A DNA stretch of 61,656 nucleotides, filler included, from Choristocarpus tenellus KU-1152 (lineage: Eukaryota > Protista > Phaeophyceae): NCBI GenBank assembly GCA_964200185.2. It is 13 parts of 13 records of this genome, joined end to end, with 100 filler letters (N's around TTAATTAATTAA, not from the genome) between each part and the next. Parts side by side here need not be neighbours in the genome. Positions count along the whole stretch, not along the records: positions 51,447 to 55,571 come from CAXNAD020016089.1; positions 55,672 to 61,656 come from CAXNAD020009238.1; 11 more parts are not named here. One strand, 5' to 3'. The translations under genes and the position numbers were made by a program. This document shows positions 51,497 to 61,656 of the stretch, in pieces. Position 1 is the first letter of the stretch, and every line of letters starts with the position of its first letter. The notes under the pieces are model-generated. The model searched no databases. It saw nothing but the letters and a program-made list of their open reading frames with translations, and had not been told where the DNA came from.

Positions 51497-54100
51497 CAAA
51501 GTGGATAGGACGACAACAGTGTGATGAAGGGATATACTTGTTAGGGTAGGGGAAGAATGTAGCCAGAGCTTAAATTGGAATAGGCAGTTCTTAAGGTAGG
51601 GGGGAGGAGGGATATGACTAGGTTACAGGATACCGACCAGGAGGGAAGAATGTAATCGCAGATGGATTCCATAGGTAGTACAATGACTCTACTCAATTTA
51701 TCCTTAACTACTCTGGTCCACAGGTTAAACGACAAAAGTAATCTCGACCAAGGGAGGGAGGATACAGGAGTTGGGCGAGCTGAAGCCAAAATATGCCCGA
51801 GGACTGGCTACACGCTCTCGTGATGATAAGGGGGGAATGTTAGTTCATACAAGAGCTCAAATATTTGCTTTCATCACAGGAGTCGGAGCTGGAGGTGAAC
51901 ACTGGCATAGATTTGAAGTGCATCTATTTCGAGAGTAAGGGCAACTAAATTAGGGCAGTAGGGGGTAAGATGTAAAGATTCTATTCCTTCACAAACACTC
52001 TCGTGGACCTTCACCTGCTCACAAAAAAAAATTGCATTTCCTTCGCGCAAATGGAGCTGGAGAACGGCGTGTTAGATGAACTTACCAGATCTTAAGTATG
52101 CGCCATAATCCCAGTAGCCTGGAAGTAGCAAGGAGGGTAGGGGTAGAGTCCATGTGGCTCTGGTCAGGAGTGAGAACGACTGAGTTGGCAAAGAGAGGGA
52201 CAGGATGATCTGTGTGTGTGTGTGTGTGTGTGTGTAACGCCCCATACTTCCATAAACTTGTTTATAACCTCCCAACTGCCCACACAACACTTCTACTTGT
52301 GTTACCTGTGTGAGGAGGGATAGGAAGAGATCACGCAGAGGTGAAGAATTAGCCGTGGACTAAGAAACGAAATTACAGGGAACACAGGCAGGATGGCGCA
52401 AGGTGGAGATGACCACGAAGAAAATAGTAAGACAACCCAGGCTAAAACCAGGGAAGTACGACCCACTTCAAAGCAGGATGGGTCAAGCAGCAACGATGGC
52501 AGTTATGGTGACAGTTGAAGCAGTTGGACAGAGGGGTGATGGAAGTTTACAGCCTTTCGAGGTGTATCGGATGGCTATCCAGTGGGACTGACGGTGTGTG
52601 GGCGTCAAGGGGTCGAGCAGAGAGTAGGAGGGCAGGAGGCAACTGGGGCAAGAGGTAGTGCCTAGGAACTAGATACAACATGGACCTAATGGGGAAGTCA
52701 ACCGCAGGCGGGGTAGAGGTTTACATTTTAAGGGCACGGTATGGGAGTGGATAGAGTTGGAGTGTTTTAAACGATTGTGGGGTGTCCTTGGAGGAATATG
52801 GAATGCCATGGATGGAGGTGGGGTGTTTTAGGAGGATTGGGCTGGGATTGGATTCGCGGAAACTGTCAGTAATGGTTGGTCATGGGATACCATTGGGGGA
52901 AATTGGCCGTAGTGGTTGGTGTCTGAAAACAGATGGCGAAAATTGGTGGTATTCGACTCTCACTGTATACTAGTGGCGGAAATTGGTCGTACTCGTTTGT
53001 GTGTTAATATCATAAGGTACAAACATACATCTTACGCCCCCTGATCTTATCGTTACCCCACGTAAGATAGGAGATTCTTCATCTCTGGAAGGCAAAAAAA
53101 TCAAAGGCAATCAACACAGAGTTGGATATTTGAACTCAAGATCAGCCATAGCAAATAGGTGGGCGTAACCCTTCATTGTTGCGTGAGCAATAGGTATGGA
53201 GTGTAGGATTGAGGAGGATTGAAATTGATGGAAGGTCGACAGTAACTGGTATTGTTGTGGTTTTGGAACAGGTAGGTATGTTTACGTACATTTGCTGAGT
53301 TTTACATTTATGGGAACATACCTACGGAGTCGACACGATGCTCTGGGGATGAAATGTTGCTCAATCTACCCCTACCACGATTTGCCTCAGAGGATGGGGT
53401 GGATCCTCGACTATGATCCTTGGGGACGATCTATCAGATCATGAGAATGACCTGGTCAGAATTAACTCAGACCCACTATTGATGGATGATTCCGTGTCTT
53501 CTATGTCAAACAATGTTCCTATCTCGTCCTCTCTGTACATTGATGTGCTGGACTTCTTCGTGTTCGACTTCAACAACTTGGTAATTGTCTCTACTGGTAG
53601 TGATTGTCATCTGCTCCTTCACTTCTGCGTGTTGTCTTGTGTTAAATTTTGCTCATCACCCTATATCTAAATTCATCCGTGTCCGTGTACCGTGTCACTC
53701 ATGTACATCATACGGTGATTCTATGGCGTTGTGGACCACCCGATAAAAGGCGTCAAAGAGAACCACTGCATTAGATGGACCAAACAGACCAAGCAAGACA
53801 AGCTGTAGATGAGACGAGGCAAGGATGGACAAGGACAGAGTGTGGAGTAAACGAAGTTTTCAAGTGAGGGGCCTACCAAAGCAAGAGCTCAGCGATTGGT
53901 AGGTCTGAAGAGAGAGTCTACTTTTAGAACTGAACTCTTGAAGGGACCATACTGAAACTTGTTACTCTGAAGATTCTCCAGTGTGAAATAAGGTTCTTGA
54001 AGAGGTCCTGAACGGTAATTTTGTAGATGGTAAGGCAATGAACGGTATGATAAGGACAACTCTGCCTTCTACGTTTTTGTTACATCTTTTGTTCAGCATT

Positions 54101-54820
54101 TTTATTATTATTATGCCCTTGGACATTTTGTAGATGCAGCAGGGTAAAGACCATTGAAAAACCATTCAAATGTAAAAAAAAACTAATAAAGCAACAGTTA
54201 CCGTAAATGTCAAAGGCAATTTTCTCTTTACTATTTTACTACTAGCTATGATACACCACTGCCCCCCTATGCCTCCAACCTAACTTAGTCCTCCAACCCA
54301 GGGTGAGGAGCTAGGGAAGCATCCCAAAAATCTAACAAGCCCTTCCTTGCCCATCTCCCTGATGTCTCCAGCTTAAAACCCATGACACGTCTTGATAGAG
54401 CTACTTGTGTTATGACAGGCACTATCTGTCGTAGACGGGATTTGACAACTCCCTTCCTACTGTAGCCTCCTGTCCCCCTCCCCCCTGCCACGTGCATAGC
54501 TAGCTCATCCAGAAAACTTCTGCGTGCTTACTGAGGCGCCCAAGAACTTTCCACTCTGAAGGTGTTGTAAATAAGTGTGGTAGATGGGAGGCTGCTCACA
54601 CTTCTCCAAACGTAAAATTTAGGAGGAGGCCTTGCCCCGGTAGGTAGCTGATCCAGCGCCCGCAAGTGCCCCTGCATGGAAGACCAGATCTATGCGGAAA
54701 TTCTGTCCACTGTGAATGGGCTTCCGTCCTCCATAGTGCAAGGGATGCGCATTGCTTTGCAGAGTTAACCTAGATGCTTCACCATTGATGTGTATTGGCA
54801 TACCTGCCCTCCTGCCCTAG
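54101..54820 (-). mobile_element. Second, shorter copy of the CRE-like non-LTR 3' region
   Basis: RIDLVFHAGALA..., ORF end KGLLDFWDASLAPHPGLED* and a (TAA)n tail, colinear with 47727-48520. Confidence 0.8.
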
Positions 54821-55671
54821 AATAGGTACGAGCATATCTAGTGTTCACATTTTGCCATTTTTTCAATTCTGTATCTTGTTATTAGGCATACCTATTTCTT
54901 GCTCTCTTTATGAATTAAATTCCAGTATATGGCATGTTGCTTCAATCTCCATGACAACATCTCCCAAATATTTGAGCATCAAATGCATTATGCATGGAAC
55001 TAAAGTTTATGTGTCAACCAATGAAGCAATCCTTTCTATTTAGTAATTAGAATACTCAAGAGCGAAAATATAAATGTGTCATGTTGTGAATCGTGTGATT
55101 CTGTGGCGGCGTGGTTCACTCAGGTAGGGGTGGTGAAGAGAATCACCGGGCAAGACGGACCAGACGAACAAAGACGAACCGTATCATGGGGTACGAGGTT
55201 AAGGTTGGACAAGTGCAAATTGAGGAGTCATTAGCATCTTCAAAGAAGGGCCTCATGACTACAAGTCAAGACATGAGAACAAGGTGGATCTTCCATGTGT
55301 GACAACTCTGAATGACGAACTGTCCCAAGTCTGTGGGATTGGGCTCGTGAAGAGATTCCATGGTTTCATTCTGACGGAAGGTTCGCCAGTAGTGGAATCA
55401 TGGGTGCTTGACAAGGAACCTCAAACAGTACAACAGTATAACAGTATATTGCATACGTCAATAACGGTATATCAACAGACAAACATGTTTTCCACAATGT
55501 GCCTGATATTTCACAGTCTCCCCCCCTCGGGGCACAGGAGTAGGTAGATGGGAAGCACAGGAAGACAGTGGNNNNNNNNNNNNNNNNNNNNNNNNNNNNN
55601 NNNNNNNNNNNNNNNTTAATTAATTAANNNNNNNNNNNNNNNNNNNNNNNNNNNNNNNNNNNNNNNNNNNN

Positions 55672-55797
55672 AAAATCAAGAAAAGTGATTTACATTATCC
55701 ATCCCACGTATGAAACCAAATTACTAAAAAATCACGACATGAAAAAATTGACCCCAAATGGACAGCCGCCACCCCCCCCCCCCAGATACTTTGAGCC
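55672..55797. mobile_element. MITE family A, partial at contig start
   Basis: ...gaccccaaatggacagccgcc...CCCAGATACTTTGAGCC. Further A ends sit at 16649, 25660, 31915 and 35419. Confidence 0.85.
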
Positions 55798-56026
55798 AGA
55801 GGTGTACACATTGAATTCCACCAGGCAGCAGGCGACACTTTCAAGTCCAGCAATAGAGACGGATTACAAGTAGGTTACCAACAGTTCTCTAAAATACAAG
55901 CTCAAAGCTCTGTTACAAGATAACATATTTTGGGCAAGCGCTATGTTCAATTGGAAGACCTCAGGGGGCAGAGTCAGAGGAAGGATTTCTAGGTGGATGC
56001 TGGGGGAGAAGACAAAACAAACTCAC

Positions 56027-57505
56027 TTGCGGAACTTGTTGTACATTGAATCCAAGCGGGAAGCTCCCCTGACAAGCTCTTCAGGATCCATGTCAACACG
56101 GTTGGACCTGGCTACACAACCCGGGAAGTCCTTGAAGTAGGAGTCCACCTTTGCCCCAGTTCCTGAGCATACTGCAAACACTACACCAGAATCTGATACT
56201 GGTCCCTGTGCTGCGATTTTGTACCCCATACCCCCAACTGTAGAATCCAAAACCCCACACCTCAGTCGATATGACCCAGCCTCCAGGATCACCACATTGT
56301 AGCCCGGTAGCCCATGGTCACTGGTGATTTCCCGACACATGGATGGTGATATCATGTGTTTCGTCTTTTGACTGCTGTAGTCCAAGACATCAACATCGAC
56401 GGCATTTCCCATACATGCCGTGGTTGGTGAATTTGTTGTTGCTTCCCATGCAGGTGTTTGGGCAGACATCAGGCTCTGCACGTCTAGCCCCAGGACCCAT
56501 GTGTCAGTTTCTTCATCCTCCCCCCACCTCCATCCTCTCGCCTCCCTCATCCACCCTGGTGCCCACACCAAGGAAGCTTCTGTTACCGCTTGCGCCGGGG
56601 TCTTTAAAAGTGAGCTATTTGGTGGCATTGATCCCCCAGCCCCCATTGTGTTGTTTTCTTGCCCCTCCCAGTCAACAGTCACCTTTGCCTTGACTGAAAA
56701 AGGTGCTACCTTACAACCTACATCTCTCACTCTTCGTTGATGCCCCTCACCTTCCCATGCTTGTGCTGTTGCCCCTGCTGCCAATGCAGGCACCATTGTA
56801 GTGGATATCGTGTATGGTGACACTGGTGTAGATGCCAACAACGTCTCTGACAGTGCCTCCTTTTCCATCTCTACACCTCCCACTTCTTTTGCCAGTTTTG
56901 ATGTTGAGGGTGAAGGTGGAAGTGTCATGGGTGTGTCCTCTGTTGTTGGCCCAGATACTTTCTTGTCATCCTGTGCCAGTCTTCTGTCCCTGCCCCACCT
57001 TACACCCTCCCCTGCTATCCCAGTACCCTGTTTAGGGCACTGAGGTGGGACAGTTAGGGACGCCTCATCATGCTCCTCTAGTGCACACCACCCTCAGGCA
57101 TCGCAGCTGGGAGCTGAGACACCTCCGCTGGAGAAGACTTTATCCCCCCAGCTGAAACCGCCCCTACATGCATCAGATGTCCTCCTCCCTCTGCGGTATT
57201 TTCTCCTAGCCTGTATGCTCCATCAAGTACCTCCACACCTTCAGTGGGCGGAGGGGATAGAACTTTACAATCTTCAAGCTGCACTACACTCTTGCACTCA
57301 TCAACTCCAGGCATCGCATTTTCACCTACTGCTTCATTTCCCGCCACCCCCTCACTCTCTGGAGGCACTGGGACTTCCTCTAATGGGAGTACCGCCTGAG
57401 ACAGCATTTCAGTTCTATTTTCTGTCCCTGTTGCATCCCCCTCACTAATATCACTAAGGTCCTTCGCCTTCTCCTCTTGTACCCTTGAGCCTTCCATGGA
57501 GAGTC
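56027..57505 (-). CDS. Large exon of a putative actin-related protein with a long low-complexity N-terminal extension (frame break near 57085)
   Basis: NVVILEAGSYRLRCG...FPGCVAR resembles the actin-fold start VVIDNGS..kAG..FPs.VgR. The exon ends at a gtgagt donor (56026-56021). The rest of the gene is not in this contig. Confidence 0.5.
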
Positions 57506-59341
57506 TGTTAGGGACTAGAGGTTGATGTAGTTCAACAAGAGGGAGGCATTGTGTGGTGCAATTTGTCTGACGGGATGCTTGGATTACTCTCCCCCCCCCT
57601 CTGATGCCACGGAAGAGGAGTGCCAGCAGTACTGCAACGGGCCCTGCTACTAGAAGAACTTGACTGGGCAGCAGGTTGTGGAAATGGTGTTAATGGGGAG
57701 GTAATGTGTGTGAGACTGAGCAGGGAGAACTTAAGAACGAAATAGTGTAACATATTAAGAGGAAGTCCGAACCAAAACTCTTTAACCTGAGACACAGACA
57801 CTCATGCTTACACGTGGAATCGCACAACTAAGCTTTGAGCAGGTGTACTATGTTTTGTGAAGTCTGAGGGTAAACCAAACTAGGAATTGTTGGCTTGACT
57901 TGAAGCAAAGACAAAGGGGGAGATAATGCTTCAAATGTGATTGAAGAAGAGATAAAGGTAGTGCTTGTTCACTTCCACAATGTTGCTTCAACCCTCTCGT
58001 ATGCAAACATTTCTAGCTGGAGGGGGGAAGATACAGAGAGGTGAATTTTGTATTTTGTAAATTCTAGAGCAACTACCAATACAGTATTGAAGACTGGTGC
58101 AACTGGTGTGGTGGTAGCCTTGGTGTGATTGGCTAATCAGATGGAGAAGGGAGGAGGGAGGGACAGGAACAAGGTAGCAGCTGCACATCTTGAGCAAGAA
58201 GATTTTGATCTGCTTCCCACCTTCTAACCAATCAGCAGTCATCTGTTTCAGGCTCTAAATCAGGGAATACGTGCGGTGTGGAGAGTTTGAATAAAATGAA
58301 GAAATCCTTTGGCAAAGGGGGGGCATGGCTTAGGTTCTGGGTCATATATCATCCAAAGTAAATGCTCCTAAACAGCCGAGAAAGATCTTTGAGGAAAGAC
58401 CATGTAATTTCTTCTTGTTTGTCAATGCAGGCCCAATTTGTCGAGATCTTTTTGTCTCATGTATCACTACGATTTGATAGTCATGCAGAATTTCTAACAA
58501 AGAATACTACTCACAGGCATAAAAAAAAAATTACAAGACAATATATATATATATATATTGGTGAACGCAAAAGCTATAGTTCATTTGAAGTAATGGAATA
58601 GTTTCAGCAGACAAATAAGCTAGCTACTGAGCAGAAATCGCATTAAAGTGCTCAGGAAGATGGTCCGCCAATGGCCTACAAACACAACTTTGCCACCAAC
58701 ATAGACAGGCACACTCACTATACCCTAGCCTATTATAAAAAGAACACAAGTCAGAGGGAAGAAAGCCTCACCCCTACGGCTCAATCCCAATTTTTGACCG
58801 CTTTGTCAAAAAATGTGTTCAGTGAATCAAAGTTCAAATTGAACTATATCCCTGATGGTCGATCAAATAAGATGCAATATTCATTACTCACAGTATTAGA
58901 TCCAGTTGCCCATGGGCACACTTGAGACCCGAATCTTGCCCCCTAAGGTTTTGGACTTCGCTTTTCCTGTCCGTTGGATGTCTTGGTTCTGAGTTGGACT
59001 GGGAAGGCGAGAGTAGCTGCGGAGTGCACCCTGTCTCCTCCTTCATGACATTGTTGATGTGGGTTTCATTTCAGGAGGAGAACGGCAGTGCCATGGGAGA
59101 GGGGGAGAGTGTAGCAGTATCAAGCCAGGGATGTAAGCTTGAATGCAAAAGTGAGGTCGTCACATTACTGATATGGACTGTTGTGTACATGCAGGAATGC
59201 TTGAATGCAAAGATCGGTGGGGCAGCATCACAACTGGAGCATGTACTGGTCTCATGTCCGAAGCGCACAAAAGCTTATCTGTGCTGGGATGATTGAGAGA
59301 GATACGTGCAAAGAAAGCCGAGAAAAAATCAACAAGGAGAC

Positions 59342-59598
59342 GAGCCAAAGTATCTTAGAGGGTAGAGTCGCGTCCATTTGGGGACCAAGATCCAATGTTT
59401 CGATTTCGATGTAAATTTGGCCATCGTGTTTGTTAGGAAGTGTCAATATCCTTGTTCCGAAGACACATTTTCATAACGTACACATTTTACCTACTCCGAG
59501 ATATTTTGGAGTAGAAAAATGTAATAAAACCACCGAAAGAAACCAAGCCCCAAATGGACAAACAGGGAAAAACTCGTACCCTCCAAGATAATTTCACA
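59342..59598. mobile_element. MITE family B, full copy with a decayed right TIR
   Basis: GAGCCAAAGTATCTTAGAGGGTA...TACCCTCCAAGATAATTTCAC. Confidence 0.85.
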
Positions 59599-59686
59599 CA
59601 TTCGTAGAATAAAACAGGGTCGTCTATTCTGTTCCGCGTGTGGCTGCAAATTTTTTGTCAGATGGACTATGCGTGCGTGTGGTTAC

Positions 59687-61335
59687 CTGTCACTGCCGTG
59701 GGTAGGTGGGTAAAGTGCTGGGAGGGCGTGTGCTGTTTGGTTCGCAGCGTCTACGGGCACGAACACGAAGCCGAGAGGTTTGTCATCGACTTTTGCCCGC
59801 ATGGCGCTGCTGGTGCTGTTGGCGATGACCAGCCGATCCGCTTGGATAATCTGGCGAATGGGGGACAGCAACATCGCGTGAATTAATCAAATAAATCTGC
59901 TCAGAGTTTTTAAAAAATTGTCCCTTGTTAACACGAATCAGGTTAGTAACAAAATGTAGTGTAGGTAACAATTAATGTTTGTCTTTGGATATGTTTTTTA
60001 TTGCTGCATTCAAGACAAACATAGTGTTATCGGGATGGTAGGAAGTACGTACGTGCGGGGCCGGAAGACCGCTACGTGACCTGTCGCTCCCACAGCCCGT
60101 TGTACATGACCAGGAAGCAGTATATCATACAAGGTGTTTGGGCAGCTAATAACAACATTTTTGCGGTTAGTGAGGCTACTGCTGCTGCCGTTAGCACCTG
60201 CGTGGGAGTCTTCATTCACAAAAGGAAACAGATGTTCTTCAAAATGGAGGGCAATGACGGCGACATGTTGCCACTGTACGCTTGTTACAAAATTAACGCT
60301 GGACACATACCTCTCGATGGTCTGAGAGCTCCTTATCGATGGACTCGAGGACGGTGGAGTCGTTCGTGGGTTTTACACCAGGTGCACCGTGCCGCTTCTC
60401 TTTTAACGTGACACATATGTCACATTTCATAAACTCGCCTCCTACCTTCACCCTGATGTTGGGCCTGTCCTCTCTGAACAACCGGAGGAAGTGCACCCTG
60501 CTTACCCGCTTGGAAGGGTCGTCAGGATACACCCGTATTGCCTCTTTGCAAAAATCCTTGAATAGCTCCTAATTAAAAATGTTGGTTGTGTGGGCAAGTG
60601 AGGAGTTATTGAGAAGGAACTCTCGAAGAACACCCCTGCAAGATCTCTCGGAGGCGGGCTGACCAATAACTTGACTGAGAACGCGGAAGACAGGATCAAG
60701 CAAGCTTTCATCGTGCGTTATGAAAGAGCAAATACAATGATCTTCATAAATCTGCCATGAGCGTCATTCTGTTCGGGCCTAGCTGCCATTTGCAGAAGCG
60801 GCAAAGGAGGCGAATCTACCATCATCATCATCATCATCGCGAAGCGCTTTAGACATATGAAGTACACACTTTTCCTACCAATGTCAGACCGGACCCGGGG
60901 CCACAGAGTAGGTCTACACGGCGTTGAAATAACAGTTATTGTGTCTTCCTTCGTAAAATCGACGAAGAGTATCATCATGAACATTGTAATCTCGACATAG
61001 CAAACGAAAAAAATAGCTCTTGGTACGAATCTTGACATGTTCTTTGAACATTAATATCAGACCGGTCAAAGTAATGAACATCCACCACTCGAAATACTAC
61101 TTAGATACACATTTTCTACATACTGCCGGGTCATACGGTTTGCATCTAACTCCAACACAGGGTGCAGCCAACCTCTTCGCAACCAAGGGTAAAACCGACC
61201 TGTTTGTTCGCGGCTTAGATCACAATTGTGGACTTGTGAGGCATGAACTGCCCGTATGTATCAGCCCAGTAGTCTATCCAGGACATCACCAGGTCTCGAT
61301 TCGGAGCCATGTCCTTATCTTTGTTCGTGCCGTTC
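59687..61335 (-). pseudogene. Intron-containing Sola-type (DUF7869-like) DDD transposase, N-terminal half, one premature stop
   Basis: Exons 61335-61200, 60568-60311 and 59850-59687 splice in phase 0: WIDYWADTYGQFMPHK..IVI*AANKQ|ELFKDF..S..HFLRLFRE..NIRV..FMKCDICVTL..HRE|IIQADR..FVPVDAANQTAHALP. This matches my recollection of the W..YA..G..MP / F.KC..C / DG.DQ..LP motif order in this family. Confidence 0.6.
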
Positions 61336-61656
61336 CTGTTGTAGTAGCGCACGTATGTATATAAATGGATGGGACATGTGTTAGAGGTGGATACGAGGGA
61401 CAGGGGATGGAATCCTAGAAGGATCGTATGCCAGCATCGGATCACATATTCTGTAGATATTTACACGTGGTAACAGCTGCAGCAGCGCGGGGACGGCCGG
61501 ATGAGATGTTATTGTTCCAGCATTAAAAAACATATCGCACGTGTATATACATACATAGGTAAGTCATTACTCCACGCTGGAGGGATCTCTAGCTTTGTAT
61601 ATCAAACATCTAGGCATGGTAAATGCAAAGTGAATGTGGTGAGTACGGTCGGATGA

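Overview
Eukaryotic, repeat-rich DNA. It is not one locus: 13 unrelated short contigs are joined by an artificial 100-nt linker (44 N + TTAATTAATTAA + 44 N). Multi-exon GT-AG genes, TTAGGG tracts and an axonemal DM10 gene suggest a flagellate-stage alga, possibly a brown alga or relative (inference only). Host genes I could splice by hand: a nine-exon triple-DM10 (EFHC1/EFHC2/RIB72-like) gene with a phase-supported GC-AG intron, a SPRY-domain gene, an actin-fold gene with a long low-complexity N-terminus, an OTU-motif/Gly-repeat gene and an orphan five-exon gene. Mobile DNA: a decayed Copia element with PPT and 3' LTR; a Gypsy-like element with a 451-bp LTR and tRNA-Gln-type PBS, plus an inverted solo LTR; two CRE-like RT+RLE non-LTR copies and micro-copies of their hairpin/(TAA)n 3' end; and an intron-containing Sola-type (DUF7869-like) transposase pseudogene. 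The most notable system is three MITE families sharing a G..(C/G)AAAGTA terminus and making 3-bp, mostly WNW (not TWA) target duplications, including a triple-nested stack. The Sola-like transposase is one candidate mobiliser. All family assignments come from motif recognition by eye, without database searches.
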